This document shows positions 20,661-31,628 of a stretch of DNA of 64,000 nucleotides, one piece after another. The stretch comes from Vulcanimicrobiales bacterium (GTDB lineage Bacteria; Vulcanimicrobiota; Vulcanimicrobiia; Vulcanimicrobiales; Vulcanimicrobiaceae). Location: NCBI GenBank assembly GCA_038215615.1, contig JBBQQR010000001.1:96001-160000 (forward strand), read 5' to 3'. The notes beneath the pieces are model-generated. The model did no database searches and was not told the origin of the DNA. It was given only the letters and a program-made list of their open reading frames with translations. The position numbers and the translations under genes are program-made. The number at the start of each line of letters is the position of its first letter. The stretch's first letter is position 1.

Positions 20661-21187
20661 TCAGCTTTGGAAACGACGACTTTAGCGGGGCGCAAGAGCT
20701 CCTCGCCTATGGTGTATCCTTTTTGCGCTTCCTCGAGCACGACGCCGTCGCCGTCGGCCGAAGGCTGGGTCGCGATCGCTTCGGCGAACGCGGGATCGAA
20801 CTGCGTGCCCTTGACGCTAAGCGCCTTCACGCCTTGCGATGCGAGCAGCGCTTCAAAACCCTTAAGTGTTTGCGAAACGCCTTCGCGCAGCGGGCCGCTC
20901 TCGGCGCCTTCATACGAAAGCGCACGCTCCAAATTGTCGATCACCGGTAGTAAGCTCTTGAGAAGATCGCGACGCTTGTGCTCGGCGATATCGCGGTTGT
21001 GCCGCTCGCTGCGTTTCTTGTAGTTTTCGAAGTCCGCCATCGCCAGCAGCAGTTTATTATAGTTTTCGTCGGCGCGCGTAACGGCGGCCGCGAGCTGAGT
21101 CTCCAAATCCGGCGTCTCGGCCGCGGAAGCTTCGATCTCGTCCGACGCAGGCACGTCGGCTTGCGTTGTTACTACATCGTCGTTCAT
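20657..21187 (-). CDS. grpE: Nucleotide exchange factor GrpE
   Basis: [27 protein letters not shown]...LLRPAKVVV. Confidence 0.95.
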   Translation of the reverse strand: MNDDVVTTQADVPASDEIEASAAETPDLETQLAAAVTRADENYNKLLLAMADFENYKKRSERHNRDIAEHKRRDLLKSLLPVIDNLERALSYEGAESGPLREGVSQTLKGFEALLASQGVKALSVKGTQFDPAFAEAIATQPSADGDGVVLEEAQKGYTIGEELLRPAKVVVSKAE

Positions 21188-21236
21188 ATCTGCAATTCAA
21201 GCAATCTTGTAAGTCTTTAGCGCGCCTGTACTCCGC

Positions 21237-21266
21237 CCGGGCGACAGCGTATGTTTAGTCGCCCGG
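21237..21266. other. Intergenic stem-loop between dnaK and grpE
   Basis: CCGGGCGAC-N12-GTCGCCCGG perfect 9-bp inverted repeat; no U-tract. Confidence 0.55.
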
Positions 21267-21287
21267 AGGGAGCACAGCCCGCTAGAC

Positions 21288-23135
21288 TTACTTGGATTCC
21301 TTAAACTCCGCGTCGATGACGTCTTCGGAAGGCTTGGGAGCCTCGGCTTCGCCCTCGGCTTGTCCGTTCGACGCGCCGTTACCGGAGGGCGCGCCTTCCG
21401 GCGCGGCCTTCTGGTAAAGCAGCTCTGCCATCTTATAGCTGGCTGCTTGGAGCTTGTCGACCGCAGGCTTGATCTCGGCGGCCGTGCCGTTCTCGCTGAC
21501 CTTCTTGAGCTCGGCGAGCGCCGTTTCAACTTCGCCGCGCGCGCCCTCTTCGAGCTTCTCGCCGACTTCTTTAAGCGATTTCTCGGTTGAGTAGATCAGG
21601 CTCGATGCTTGGTTGCGGATCTCCGCCTCCTCGCGTTTTGCCTGATCGCTTGCCGCAGAAGCTTCCGCATCGCGAACCATCTGGTCGACTTCCTCTTTGC
21701 TGAGATTGCTTGAAGAAGTGATCGTGATCTGCTGTTCCTTGCCGGTTCCCAGATCTTTTGCGCTCACGTTCACGATGCCGTTGGCGTCGATGTTGAACGT
21801 CACTTCAATCTGCGGAACGCCGCGCGGAGCCGGTGGAATGCCTTCCAAACGGAAGCGTCCCATCGTGCGGTTGTCGGTGGCCATCGGACGTTCGCCCTGC
21901 AGGACGTGAATGTCCACAGAGGTTTGACCGTCGTCGGCCGTCGTGAAGATTTGCGATTTCTTCGTCGGGATCGTGGTGTTGCGTTCAATGAGCTTCGTCA
22001 TCACGCCGCCGAGGGTTTCTAATCCCAGCGAAAGGGGCGTCACGTCGAGCAACACGACGTTGCTGACTTCACCGGCAAGTACGCCGGCTTGAATCGCCGC
22101 GCCGACCGCGACGACTTCGTCGGGGTTGACGGTGAGGTTCGGATCCTTGCCGGTAAGCTTGCGCACGAGTTCCTGAATGACCGGCATGCGCGTGGCACCG
22201 CCAACCATGATGACCTCGTTGATTTGCGAGACGTCGAGCTTCGCATCGGCGATCGCATTCTTGAAGGGCTGCACGCAGCGGTCGGTGAGGTCGGTCGTGA
22301 GCTCTTCGAATTTGGCGCGCGTCAGCGTGAAGTCCAAGTGTTTGGGACCATTTTGATCGGCCGTGATGAACGGCAGATTGATGGTCGTCTGCACGACGGA
22401 ACTCAACTCGACCTTGGCTTTTTCGGCCGCTTCGGTCAGGCGCTGCATCGCTTGCTTGTCGCCGGACAGATCGAGGCCTTGTTCTTTGCGGAACTCGCCG
22501 ACCAGCCAGTCGACCATGCGTTGATCGTAATCGTCGCCGCCCAAATGTGTGTCGCCGTTGGTGGCTTTGACTTCGAAGACGCCTTCGCCAACGTCGAGGA
22601 CGGAAACGTCGAACGTTCCGCCGCCGAGATCCCACACGAGGATCGTTTCGTTGCCTTTTTTCTCCAGGCCGTAGGCGAGTGCGGCGGCCGTCGGCTCGTT
22701 GATGATGCGCAGCACTTCGAGGCCGGCGATCTTGCCGGCGTCCTTGGTCGCTTGGCGCTGCGCGTCGTTGAAGTATGCCGGAACGGTGATGACCGCTTTG
22801 GTCACGCGTTCGCCGAGATAATTGCTCGCGTCGTTGACGAGCTTCTGCAGAATCATCGCCGAAATCTCTTGCGGCGTGTAATCTTTACCGTCGATTTTTA
22901 CGGCGAAATCGGTGCCCATGTGCCGCTTGATCGAAGAGATCGTGCGGTCCGGGTTCGTAATCGCTTGCCGTTTCGCGAGTTGCCCCACGAGACGCTCGCC
23001 GGTTTTTGTGAATGCGACGACGGAAGGCGTAGTGCGCGATCCTTCGGCGTTCGGGATAACTGTGGGCTGCGAGCCCTCCATAACGGCGACGACCGAGTTG
23101 GTCGTGCCGAGGTCGATACCGACCACTTTTGCCAT
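21288..23135 (-). CDS. dnaK: Chaperone DnaK (Hsp70)
   Basis: [36 protein letters not shown]. Confidence 0.98.
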   Translation of the reverse strand: MAKVVGIDLGTTNSVVAVMEGSQPTVIPNAEGSRTTPSVVAFTKTGERLVGQLAKRQAITNPDRTISSIKRHMGTDFAVKIDGKDYTPQEISAMILQKLVNDASNYLGERVTKAVITVPAYFNDAQRQATKDAGKIAGLEVLRIINEPTAAALAYGLEKKGNETILVWDLGGGTFDVSVLDVGEGVFEVKATNGDTHLGGDDYDQRMVDWLVGEFRKEQGLDLSGDKQAMQRLTEAAEKAKVELSSVVQTTINLPFITADQNGPKHLDFTLTRAKFEELTTDLTDRCVQPFKNAIADAKLDVSQINEVIMVGGATRMPVIQELVRKLTGKDPNLTVNPDEVVAVGAAIQAGVLAGEVSNVVLLDVTPLSLGLETLGGVMTKLIERNTTIPTKKSQIFTTADDGQTSVDIHVLQGERPMATDNRTMGRFRLEGIPPAPRGVPQIEVTFNIDANGIVNVSAKDLGTGKEQQITITSSSNLSKEEVDQMVRDAEASAASDQAKREEAEIRNQASSLIYSTEKSLKEVGEKLEEGARGEVETALAELKKVSENGTAAEIKPAVDKLQAASYKMAELLYQKAAPEGAPSGNGASNGQAEGEAEAPKPSEDVIDAEFKESK

Positions 23136-23236
23136 ACTAAAATTACCTTTCCGAGCCCTGGACCAGCTTTCGCAGGCGTAAAAGAACGCTCGCTGAGCCT
23201 TGCCACTTATGGGCTACAAGGACGACAGGGGTACCG

Positions 23237-23242
23237 ATTATA
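23237..23242 (-). promoter_or_regulatory. Candidate -10 box (TATAAT) for the dnaK operon
   Basis: Perfect TATAAT about 100 nt upstream of the dnaK ATG in GC-rich DNA; no canonical -35 seen. Confidence 0.45.
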
Positions 23243-23314
23243 GTACGCCACCGGTCCCGTCCTGTTCCACTACGTTAAACAATTTGATGGCGACCCGGGT
23301 TGCAGGGCTTTCCT

Positions 23315-24547
23315 CTAGGGTTGTTGCTGATCGGGCGGCTGCTGGTCGCCCTGTTGTCCGAGGTCGGGCTTTGCGCCGAGCGTAACCTGGGCCAGGCGCT
23401 TGGAACCTTGCGACCAGATCTCTATGCTCACGTGGTCGCCCGGACGCAGCTTCGCGATGGCGGTTGAAAGCGCGCCGGGGTCATTGTAGTCCTTACCGTT
23501 TAGCTTAAGCACGACGTCGCCGGGCTGGATGCCCGCCGAATCGGCCGGGGAACCACTGACGACCTGGATAACAGCGACGCCGCCCTGTCCCTTATAGTTC
23601 GTTTGGTTGCGGAATCCCGAACTGACCGACTGCAGCTGAACGCCCATAAAGGCTTCGGCCGGCGGCTGGGTGATGCCGGGATGTGCGATCATCTGATCGA
23701 CGACGCGCTTGACCGTGTTGGACGGAATCGCGAAGCCGATGCCTTGCGCGCGTCCGCCCAGCGTCGACTGGTTGACGCCGATGACGTTACCGCTCATGTC
23801 GATCAGCGGGCCGCCGGAGTTGCCGAAGTTGATCGGCGCCGACGTCTGAAGCAAACCCTTAAACGTCATCGACTGTCCGCTTTCGGTTTGAATCGGTTCG
23901 CTGCGGTCGAAGGCGGAAACCACGCCGACCGTTACGCTTTGCTGCAGCTCGTAGGGTTCGCCGATGGCGATGGCCCATTGACCCTGCTCGAGTTTGTCGG
24001 AGTCGGCGAGTACGAGCGCAGCGGGTAGATGATGTCCGTCGGTTACTTTGAGAAGCGCGAGATCGGCGCCGACGTTGGCGGCGACCAGCCGGGCGGGCGC
24101 TTTTTCACCGTTCGGAAAGACGATTGTGATCGACGTGGTCTGCGCGCCGGGTATTGGGCGCACCACGTGCGCGTTTGTTACGATGTAGCCCTGCGATCCG
24201 TAGACGAAGCCCGAGCCCGAATCTTTCGCGCTGTAGGGCTGAAGCACGCCCGGCCCTTGCTGTCCGAAGAACTGCTGCATGATAGGGTCGACCGGAATAT
24301 ACTGTCGGCCGTTGACCGAAACGTCGATGGCCACCACCGAAGGTTTGACGCGCTTGACGGCGCTGATGATGCGCTCTTGGTCGCTGCCACTATTCGAAAG
24401 GGGCGCGGCGGCCGCGGCCGGCGGATCGTGCGGCGGACCTGAGACCGCGACGAAATGCGTGCTGGCGTACAGCATCATCAGGAAAGAACCGATGACGGCG
24501 CCGGTCAGCGCGATAATCGCAGCCGGCAAAATGCGTTGTCTCAACAT
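23315..24547 (-). CDS. HtrA/DegP-like trypsin protease with PDZ domain
   Basis: N-terminal TM, TNAHVV, DLALL, GNSGGPL, C-terminal PDZ (GSPADSAGIQPGDV). Confidence 0.93.
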   Translation of the reverse strand: MLRQRILPAAIIALTGAVIGSFLMMLYASTHFVAVSGPPHDPPAAAAAPLSNSGSDQERIISAVKRVKPSVVAIDVSVNGRQYIPVDPIMQQFFGQQGPGVLQPYSAKDSGSGFVYGSQGYIVTNAHVVRPIPGAQTTSITIVFPNGEKAPARLVAANVGADLALLKVTDGHHLPAALVLADSDKLEQGQWAIAIGEPYELQQSVTVGVVSAFDRSEPIQTESGQSMTFKGLLQTSAPINFGNSGGPLIDMSGNVIGVNQSTLGGRAQGIGFAIPSNTVKRVVDQMIAHPGITQPPAEAFMGVQLQSVSSGFRNQTNYKGQGGVAVIQVVSGSPADSAGIQPGDVVLKLNGKDYNDPGALSTAIAKLRPGDHVSIEIWSQGSKRLAQVTLGAKPDLGQQGDQQPPDQQQP

Positions 24548-24631
24548 ATATCCTTCAACGTTACGCGAGGGAGAGAGTCTTTGCCTAACCTACCTCGCAG
24601 CCGCCTAAAGGTTGCTGAGCGAGATTAAAGA

Positions 24632-25339
24632 CTAGGCCGGGGCGCCCGCGGGGGCATCACTCATTATAACGCCGTCGAGCATGCGCAGGATGCGCCTCGA
24701 GCGCTTGGCGACGCCTTCGTCATGGGTCACCACGATGATCGTGCGCCCGCCCGCGCTCAAGCGGTCGAAGAGGGCGAGGATTTCCGAGCTCGTCTTTGAG
24801 TCGAGGTTGCCGGTCGGTTCGTCGGCCAGCAGCACGGCCGGATCGTTGACCAGGGCCCGCGCGATAGCGACGCGCTGCTGCTCTCCGCCGGAGAGCTCGG
24901 TCGGCTTGTGGCGCGCCCGCTCGCCGATTCCGACCTCGGTGAGCCGCTCCAGGGCCCGCCGCTCGCGTTCTTTAGCGGGCATGCCCGCATAGAAGAGCGG
25001 CAGCGTCACGTTGCGCAGTGCATCGGTACGCGCCAGTAGGTTGAAGCCTTGAAACACGAAGCCGAGCTTCTTCAGGCGAATCTCCGCGAGCTGGTTGTCG
25101 TCGAGCTGCGAGACGTCGATACCGTCGAGTTTGTACGTCCCGGTCGTCGCGCGATCCAGACAGCCCAGCACGTTCATCAGCGTCGATTTGCCCGAACCCG
25201 ACGGACCCATGATCGCCACGTACTCGCCGCGGTTGATGGAAAACGTCAAGCCACGCAGCGCCTGCACTTGCAGTTCTCCGCTGGCGTACGTTTTGGTCAC
25301 CCCGGCGATGTCGATGACGACGTTGGGGCGATCATTCAT
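24632..25339 (-). CDS. MacB/LolD-type ABC ATP-binding protein
   Basis: [32 protein letters not shown]; start at ATG 25339. Confidence 0.94.
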   Translation of the reverse strand: MNDRPNVVIDIAGVTKTYASGELQVQALRGLTFSINRGEYVAIMGPSGSGKSTLMNVLGCLDRATTGTYKLDGIDVSQLDDNQLAEIRLKKLGFVFQGFNLLARTDALRNVTLPLFYAGMPAKERERRALERLTEVGIGERARHKPTELSGGEQQRVAIARALVNDPAVLLADEPTGNLDSKTSSEILALFDRLSAGGRTIIVVTHDEGVAKRSRRILRMLDGVIMSDAPAGAPA

Positions 25340-26537
25340 AGCGCAGCGCCTGAATCGGATCGAGCTTGGCCGCGCGATACGCGGGATAGGTTCCGAAAAC
25401 AACCGTGACGATCGTTGCAAAACCCACGGCAATGATAATGACTTCGAACCACGGGATGCTGCCCGTCACCCCCGAGATGCGTGCGATGAAGGCACGATCC
25501 ACGATCGCGCCGAGGGCCACGCCCAGGAGCATGCCGGTAATGCATCCAAATGCCGAGAGCAGCAGCGACTCAATGAAGAACTGCAGCAGCACTTGCGAAC
25601 GGCGCGCACCGATCGCTTTGCGGATTCCGATTTCGCGCGTTCTTTCCGTCACGGAAACGAGCATGATGTTCATGATGCCGATGCCGGCGACGACGAGCGA
25701 AATCGCGCCGACGGCGCCGACGATCAGACCGACGATGGCGAAGAAACCGTTGATCGTCTGCGCGAAGAAACCGAAATCGAAGTATTGGTATTGCGAACCG
25801 TGAGTTTGCGTGAGCAGGGCTTGCGTCTGCTTCTCCATCGCTTTGAGATTGGCTCCCTGATCGGCCAAGACGGAGATACCGAAGAAGCTGCTGCCGCGCT
25901 GGTAATTGTTAAAAAACGTCGTCCACGGGATGGCAACGTCGTTGCTGATATCGAAGCCCAGCGCCGCCGTGTCGATCTTGGTCTTGCCCAAAACGCCGAC
26001 AATGACGTATCGCTTGCTCCCGACATAGATCGACGTGCCGAGGACGCTGTCGGGCGAGACCACGTTGGGGAACAGGCGGGTGATAGCGTTGTCGGAGATG
26101 ACGCAAACCGGCGCTGCACGTACTACGTCGTCCGAGTCGAGCGTTCGTCCCGCGGCGAGGGGCGAGGTACTGAACCGCTTGTCGGATTCGCCCCCGAAAC
26201 GCAAGCGCACTCGTTGGTGCCCGGCATCCACGATTACTTGCCGCCGCGAAAACGGAATGACGCTCGATACGCCCGGTATGTTTTGCCGCACGAGCGCCAG
26301 ATCGCTCAACTTGAGCGCGGCGCGAACCACGTTGCCTTGCGTCATTTTTGGAAAGACGAAGAACGTGTTAGCGTTGGTTCCTTTGAAGATACCGCTGACC
26401 GCGCCGGCCATGCCTTGCGCGGCCACTTGCACGGAGACGATCGTGGCGACGCCGACGACCAACCCGATAATCGTCAGAATCGATCGCGTTCGGTTCGCCA
26501 ACAAGACCCGCGCGGCCTCAATGAAATAAGCCAGCAT
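25332..26537 (-). CDS. MacB-type ABC permease
   Basis: [47 protein letters not shown]. Confidence 0.93.
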   Translation of the reverse strand: MLAYFIEAARVLLANRTRSILTIIGLVVGVATIVSVQVAAQGMAGAVSGIFKGTNANTFFVFPKMTQGNVVRAALKLSDLALVRQNIPGVSSVIPFSRRQVIVDAGHQRVRLRFGGESDKRFSTSPLAAGRTLDSDDVVRAAPVCVISDNAITRLFPNVVSPDSVLGTSIYVGSKRYVIVGVLGKTKIDTAALGFDISNDVAIPWTTFFNNYQRGSSFFGISVLADQGANLKAMEKQTQALLTQTHGSQYQYFDFGFFAQTINGFFAIVGLIVGAVGAISLVVAGIGIMNIMLVSVTERTREIGIRKAIGARRSQVLLQFFIESLLLSAFGCITGMLLGVALGAIVDRAFIARISGVTGSIPWFEVIIIAVGFATIVTVVFGTYPAYRAAKLDPIQALRYE

Positions 26538-27730
26538 CAGCCGCGCAGCGCTTCCACCGGGTCGAGTCTTCCGGCGCGCGCGGCCGGGTAGGAACCAAAA
26601 CCGATTCCCACAGCCAGCGAGAACCCGGCGGCGATTCCGATGACGAGCGCCCACGGCACCGGCGCCGCGCCGACGCTGTGCTTGATAGCCGGGAGCATCA
26701 GCAGCACGAGGGTCACGCCGATGATCGATCCGACAAATCCTCCGCCGAGCGAAAGCAAAATGGCTTCGATCAGAAACTGCATGGATATCTCGCGGGCGTT
26801 GGCGCCGATCGACTTGCGTATCCCGATTTCGCGCGTGCGCTCACTCACCGATACGAGCATGATGTTCATGATGCCGACGCCGGCAACGAAAAGCGCGACT
26901 CCGCCGATAAACGTCAGCCCGACCCCGATGAAATTGAGGACGTTTTCGAAGACGCCGTTGAACGCAAGTTGATCCTGCACCGTGTATTCGGCATGCGAGT
27001 GTATGCGCGCCATCGCCGCTTTTACGTCGAGGATCACTTGGACCGGGTTTTGCGACCGGCTTACGGGCCAAAACTCGATGTAGTCGATCGGGCCGGGCGC
27101 GATCCGGCGCATGGTCGTGTACGGGACGTAGATAGCCTCTCCGATCAAACTGCGGAAGAGGTTCGCCTTGATGGAGACCACGCCGATAACGGTAAGCCGC
27201 TGCGTGCCGATGTTGATGGTATGGCCGACGGCGTCACCGCTGGGGAAGAACGCTTGAGCGGCGTCGCGGGAGAGGATAGCGACGTTGGCGCCGGCCGCGA
27301 TGTCGGCCGTATCGGTCAGGCGGCCGGAGTCGACGACAAAGCCCGTCTCTTGGGTGAGTTCGCGCGAAGAAGTGACGCTGATGAACTCGCTTTTTCCACT
27401 GACCGTGACGCGGTATGGGCGCTGCTGATAGATCGGAACGGCTCGCGAGACCGAGCCCGAAGCGTACGACTGCATCAGCGCGGCGTCGCGATAATACATC
27501 GTTGCGGCGGCCGGATTATTCTGCGATTGGTCGGGGATGATGATGAAACCAGGATCGCCGCCGCTGGCGATCGCCTGTTTCATGCCGCCCGAGGCAGCTT
27601 GGCTCAAACCGAGAACCGCGATCACCGAGGCGATCCCGATGATCATCCCGAGCGCCGAGAGCGCCGAACGCGAGCGGTGGCGCCAGATGCTTTCGAACGC
27701 TTCCGGGATGTACGCCAGAAAGCGCGGCAT
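26537..27730 (-). CDS. MacB-type ABC permease (second paralog)
   Basis: [45 protein letters not shown]. Confidence 0.93.
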   Translation of the reverse strand: MPRFLAYIPEAFESIWRHRSRSALSALGMIIGIASVIAVLGLSQAASGGMKQAIASGGDPGFIIIPDQSQNNPAAATMYYRDAALMQSYASGSVSRAVPIYQQRPYRVTVSGKSEFISVTSSRELTQETGFVVDSGRLTDTADIAAGANVAILSRDAAQAFFPSGDAVGHTINIGTQRLTVIGVVSIKANLFRSLIGEAIYVPYTTMRRIAPGPIDYIEFWPVSRSQNPVQVILDVKAAMARIHSHAEYTVQDQLAFNGVFENVLNFIGVGLTFIGGVALFVAGVGIMNIMLVSVSERTREIGIRKSIGANAREISMQFLIEAILLSLGGGFVGSIIGVTLVLLMLPAIKHSVGAAPVPWALVIGIAAGFSLAVGIGFGSYPAARAGRLDPVEALRG

Positions 27731-29025
27731 TAGCTCGCGGGTGTCGCTTTACCGGCCGGCGTCGTCGTCACAGATTGTCCGTCGTGCAGGAGCGGGTTAC
27801 GCGCAGCGACGATTGAGTCGCCGGGAAGCAGTCCGGACTTCACCACCGTTTGCGTGTCGTTCTTGGGACCGGTACCGACGTAGGTTTTCACCAGTTTGCC
27901 TTTGCGCACGACGTAAACGTAAGCACCTCTGCCGTCTTTGTTGACCGCCGCGCTGAGTACGACGACAGCGTTGCGCACGTCGGTCGTGAGAATGTCGACG
28001 TCGACGCTCATGCCGTCCCGTAAAAACACCGGCGAGCCGTCGAGGCGGATCGTGGTCACCACTTGCTTGGCCGTGCTTGAGGGATCGGTGGATTTGGTCG
28101 CGACCGGAGCGATCGCGGCGACGTAACCCGTGAGCGTGCGTCCCGGAAAATCTTCGCCGGTGATCTTCACGCGCTGGCCGGTTCTGACGTTGATGATATC
28201 CTGTTCGTCGACTTGTGCCTTTACGATGAATCCGCCGCCCGCGGCGATCGTGAAGAGCGCTTGTCCCGCGACGACCGGATCGCCCGGCCGCAGCGACGTG
28301 AGCGGGTCGGCCGGCTGCGACGCAACCGTTTGAATGGTGCCGTCCACCGGCGCGGTGATGCGCGTGAAACCGAGCTGCTGCTGATTCGATTGGTTGACGA
28401 TCGCCGCTTTTTGCGCGGCCGCTTGCGCGTATTGCACGCTGTTTTGACCGTAGCCGGTCACGGCGCCAAGCTGCATCTGGCGCGTCGCTTGACCGTATTG
28501 CACTTGCGCTTGGTCGAGCTTGGCTTTGTCAACGTCTAGCTGGTTCCGCGGAATCGCCTTATTGTTGAAGAGGCTGACGTCGGCTTTGTAGATGCGTTGA
28601 GCTTCGTCGAGGTTGGTCTTGGCGGTTTGCACTGCGGCTTCGTAGGAAACCTTAGCGTTCTGCTCGTTTACCTGCGCCGTGCTGATGTTCGCAGTAGCCG
28701 AATTATAATCGGCCTGCGAACCCGCGGCAGTTGCCGCAAGCGTCGGGTTTACCACAGTTGCGAGCAGTTGCCCGGCGGAAACGTTGTCTCCGGCTCTGAC
28801 ATAGATCTGCTCGAGGTTGCCGGAGATAAGGGCGGGGATTGTGGCCATGCGCGGACGCTGAACCGTTCCGGTCTCAGGAAGATTCGTGCTAAACGTGGTC
28901 CGTTTAACGGCGGTTACCGTTACTGCGGTCGTCGTGCGTTGACCGCGCCCCGCCAAGACCGCCACTACGACAAGCAAAGCGAGGGCTGCGACGATGATGA
29001 CGAGATTGCGTGTTCGTTTGCTCAT
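27730..29025 (-). CDS. Periplasmic adaptor (MacA/HlyD-like membrane fusion protein)
   Basis: N-terminal TM, lipoyl-like halves (VRAGDNVSAGQLL, ITAPVDGTI), coiled coil, GL.PGD. Confidence 0.9.
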   Translation of the reverse strand: MSKRTRNLVIIVAALALLVVVAVLAGRGQRTTTAVTVTAVKRTTFSTNLPETGTVQRPRMATIPALISGNLEQIYVRAGDNVSAGQLLATVVNPTLAATAAGSQADYNSATANISTAQVNEQNAKVSYEAAVQTAKTNLDEAQRIYKADVSLFNNKAIPRNQLDVDKAKLDQAQVQYGQATRQMQLGAVTGYGQNSVQYAQAAAQKAAIVNQSNQQQLGFTRITAPVDGTIQTVASQPADPLTSLRPGDPVVAGQALFTIAAGGGFIVKAQVDEQDIINVRTGQRVKITGEDFPGRTLTGYVAAIAPVATKSTDPSSTAKQVVTTIRLDGSPVFLRDGMSVDVDILTTDVRNAVVVLSAAVNKDGRGAYVYVVRKGKLVKTYVGTGPKNDTQTVVKSGLLPGDSIVAARNPLLHDGQSVTTTPAGKATPAS

Positions 29026-29043
29026 CGATGATTCTCCGTAAGG

Positions 29044-30438
29044 TTAGAGTCCGGCGACCGCGCTGGGCGCATCGTAGATGCCGAGCGCTACGCGCAGCTT
29101 AATGACGGCTTCAACGTAGGCGACGCGCGCGTTGTAAAGATCGATCTGTGAAGAGAACGCCGCTTCTTGCGCCAGAAGCACGTCGCTAATTGCAATTAAT
29201 CCGTTTTGGTACTGCACCTGCGCAACACGCGCGGATTCCACCGCGGCGCGCACTTCCCCGCCCGCGTATTGTAACTGCGCTTTAGCGGTCTGAGCGGCGC
29301 GGAACGCTTGACGCACTTCCAACGCCACCTGACCGTTCGTCGTGTCGAGCGCGTTCTGCGCGGCTGCTACCTGGGCGTCATCGTTCTGACGTTCCGCATG
29401 GCGCGCGCCATAATCCCAGAGCGGCAGCGTGAACGTGCTGACGGCTTGCAATTGCCAGAAGCCGGGCGATCCGCGCGGAACTTTGGGCGCCTGACCGGGC
29501 GGAAACTGCGAGTCGATCTGCTCCTGCAGCAGCACGGCATTCGTGGGCGAGAACTGGTTGCCGAAGAACGCCGACATCTGCACTTGCGGAAAGAGTTCGC
29601 GATCGAAGCCTTTGCGCGCGAGCTGCGCTGCCGACAAACTCGATTGAGCGCTAACGACGTCGGGCCGGTTGGCCTGCGCGATCGCGATCAGGCGGTCGAG
29701 CGGCTCGGCCGGAAGCGGCGGCTGCGCGATCTGCGCCGGTATATCAAAGGCGGTGTCCAGCGGAGCGCCGATCAATTGCGCCAGGGTTTCGCGCGCGTCG
29801 GCGGCTTGAGAGCGATCGGCGACCAGCGTGGAGCGGCTTTTCTCTTCCGAAGCTTGGGCTCGTAGTACGTCAACGCCCGCAACGACGCCCGCGCGTTCCT
29901 TGGCTTGCGCGTCCGTCAGCAGCACGTGTTGATACTGCACGTCCGAAGCGGCGAGGCGCGCTGTTTCGTCTTTGGTGGCAACCGCGTAGAAGTCGGCCGC
30001 TACGCTGTTGGCCAGTTGATCGCGAGTCTGCCGCAAGTCCGCTTGCGCACCCGCTTCCTGAGCTTTGGCAGCGAACGCTTGGAGCGTCGAGAGGAAGCCC
30101 GTATCGAAAGTATAGTTCGTGCCGATCTGCGCGGTGTTCTGGCTGAACGTGCGCTGCTGCGACAATCCCGCGATCGCGAAGTTTCCTTGGAGGTTATTGG
30201 ATTTCTGCGCGTAGTTTTGCAGCTGCCCCGTCAGGTTCGGCAGCGAGAGCGAATGCAGTTTGACGTATTGCTGATGCAGTTGCGCGACGGCGGCCTGCTG
30301 TTTGATGATCTGCGGGCTGTGCTCCATTGCGTAGCGCACCGCCGCTGCTAAATTCAAACCTGCGGCGCCGGCTGATGCCGGCGCCGCAAGAGAGAGAATG
30401 ACCGACGCTGCCGCTACCGCGGCGCCGCGGAAACCCAT
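29044..30438 (-). CDS. TolC family outer membrane protein
   Basis: Signal peptide, two OEP repeats (AGVVAGVDVLRA, NGLIAISDVLLA), TLPLWDYG. Confidence 0.9.
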   Translation of the reverse strand: MGFRGAAVAAASVILSLAAPASAGAAGLNLAAAVRYAMEHSPQIIKQQAAVAQLHQQYVKLHSLSLPNLTGQLQNYAQKSNNLQGNFAIAGLSQQRTFSQNTAQIGTNYTFDTGFLSTLQAFAAKAQEAGAQADLRQTRDQLANSVAADFYAVATKDETARLAASDVQYQHVLLTDAQAKERAGVVAGVDVLRAQASEEKSRSTLVADRSQAADARETLAQLIGAPLDTAFDIPAQIAQPPLPAEPLDRLIAIAQANRPDVVSAQSSLSAAQLARKGFDRELFPQVQMSAFFGNQFSPTNAVLLQEQIDSQFPPGQAPKVPRGSPGFWQLQAVSTFTLPLWDYGARHAERQNDDAQVAAAQNALDTTNGQVALEVRQAFRAAQTAKAQLQYAGGEVRAAVESARVAQVQYQNGLIAISDVLLAQEAAFSSQIDLYNARVAYVEAVIKLRVALGIYDAPSAVAGL

Positions 30439-30445
30439 CGATGCC

Positions 30446-31198
30446 TTACGCGAATCCCGCGTTGTGCGCCGCACCGAATGCCGCGGCTGCCACCAAGGCG
30501 CCCAACAGGGTGATTAACACTGCAAAACCCCAGGCAACGCCCGGACTCGTGCGTCCCGTGACGCGCAGCATCGTCGCGTTCAGGAAAAGACCCCAGAGCG
30601 AGAAGATGCTGATTCCCGTCAGGAACATGACCGTTGCTGCTGAGGCGCCGTGCGGTGCGAGATAGGCCAAGCTCGGCATCGACCTGGCGATATCCATGGA
30701 ACTGCTGAAAGCGTCGGGGCCGCGCACCATCGCGATGACGCCGACGATGACCGAACCGAGGGCAAACGTCGGAATCGCGATGTTCATCGAGCCTGCCCAC
30801 AAACGTTTAAAGTCGGCTTGCCCTTTTCCGACCGCGTTCCCGATCAGCGTGAAGAGCGTGTTGAACAGGACGATGACGAACAGTATAACCGCGATGAAAA
30901 AATAGGGGATAACCGACGCCTGTCCCGCGCGCGCGACGATCTCCGCCTTTTTCGCGGGCGTTAAATTCGCGAAGAAAGAACTTGTGGCCATCATCTGCTG
31001 AGTTTGGATGACGCCGGCGTGGCGCGCCGCAGGTCCTTGCAGATACGTTCCGATCAAGAGCAGTACGATCGCAATGAGGCAAGCCCAACCCCAGGTCGGG
31101 GCGACCCGCAGCGTTTCAAAGGCGTCGGATGGCGCCGCAATCGTATTCATAACGGTAGATAAACCGCTTGCTTTAGCAGCCGGAGCTGAGCTTTCCAT
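30446..31198 (-). CDS. YIP1 family membrane protein (YknW-like)
   Basis: AAPSDAFETL..PTW N-terminal signature, about 5 TM segments, IFSLW; GGAGG SD. Confidence 0.8.
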   Translation of the reverse strand: MESSAPAAKASGLSTVMNTIAAPSDAFETLRVAPTWGWACLIAIVLLLIGTYLQGPAARHAGVIQTQQMMATSSFFANLTPAKKAEIVARAGQASVIPYFFIAVILFVIVLFNTLFTLIGNAVGKGQADFKRLWAGSMNIAIPTFALGSVIVGVIAMVRGPDAFSSSMDIARSMPSLAYLAPHGASAATVMFLTGISIFSLWGLFLNATMLRVTGRTSPGVAWGFAVLITLLGALVAAAAFGAAHNAGFA

Positions 31199-31289
31199 GA
31201 ATTTCCCCTCCCGTTCGAAACCGAACGTCACCGTCCGGCAATACGCCGTCGGCTTCGGGATTGTTTCACGGGGCGGCGAGCGCCGCCTT

Positions 31290-31577
31290 TTAGGGGTGCG
31301 GGGACGCGGTCGCGTTCAAAAAGCGATCTATCGGAATCCCTCGCTCCACGGCTCGTTTTACGCGCTCGAGCTGTGCTTCATGCAGTTCCAGCAACTTCAA
31401 CTGCAGTATGATGCGCGCGCGGCGCAAGGCGCGGCGGGAGTAGATTTCGATTCCGGCGGCCGGCGGCGCGAAGTTCGGATGCCGGGAGTGGCGCGCGTGT
31501 CGGTGATGGGTCGCCGGTGCGGCCGCAAGCAGGCAGAGCGAGGTCAGCGCCAGCACGGCGCGGTATCGGTCGAGCAT
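31290..31577 (-). CDS. Small secreted hypothetical protein
   Basis: GGAGG SD before ATG 31577, signal peptide, His/Arg-rich segment. Confidence 0.55.
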   Translation of the reverse strand: MLDRYRAVLALTSLCLLAAAPATHHRHARHSRHPNFAPPAAGIEIYSRRALRRARIILQLKLLELHEAQLERVKRAVERGIPIDRFLNATASPHP

Positions 31578-31628
31578 GATGTCCTCCGTCACTCTAATCA
31601 CGCTCTGCGGCTTTAATGTAAAGATGCG

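Noticed and set aside
23136..23314. CIRCE or HAIR operator upstream of dnaK
   Set aside because: No TTAGCACTC-N9-GAGTGCTAA or CTTGAGT-N7-ACTCAAG found
31272..31291. GGCGGCG-AG-CGCCGCC-TTTT as a terminator
   Set aside because: 2-nt loop, and the T-tract is on the plus strand where no gene ends
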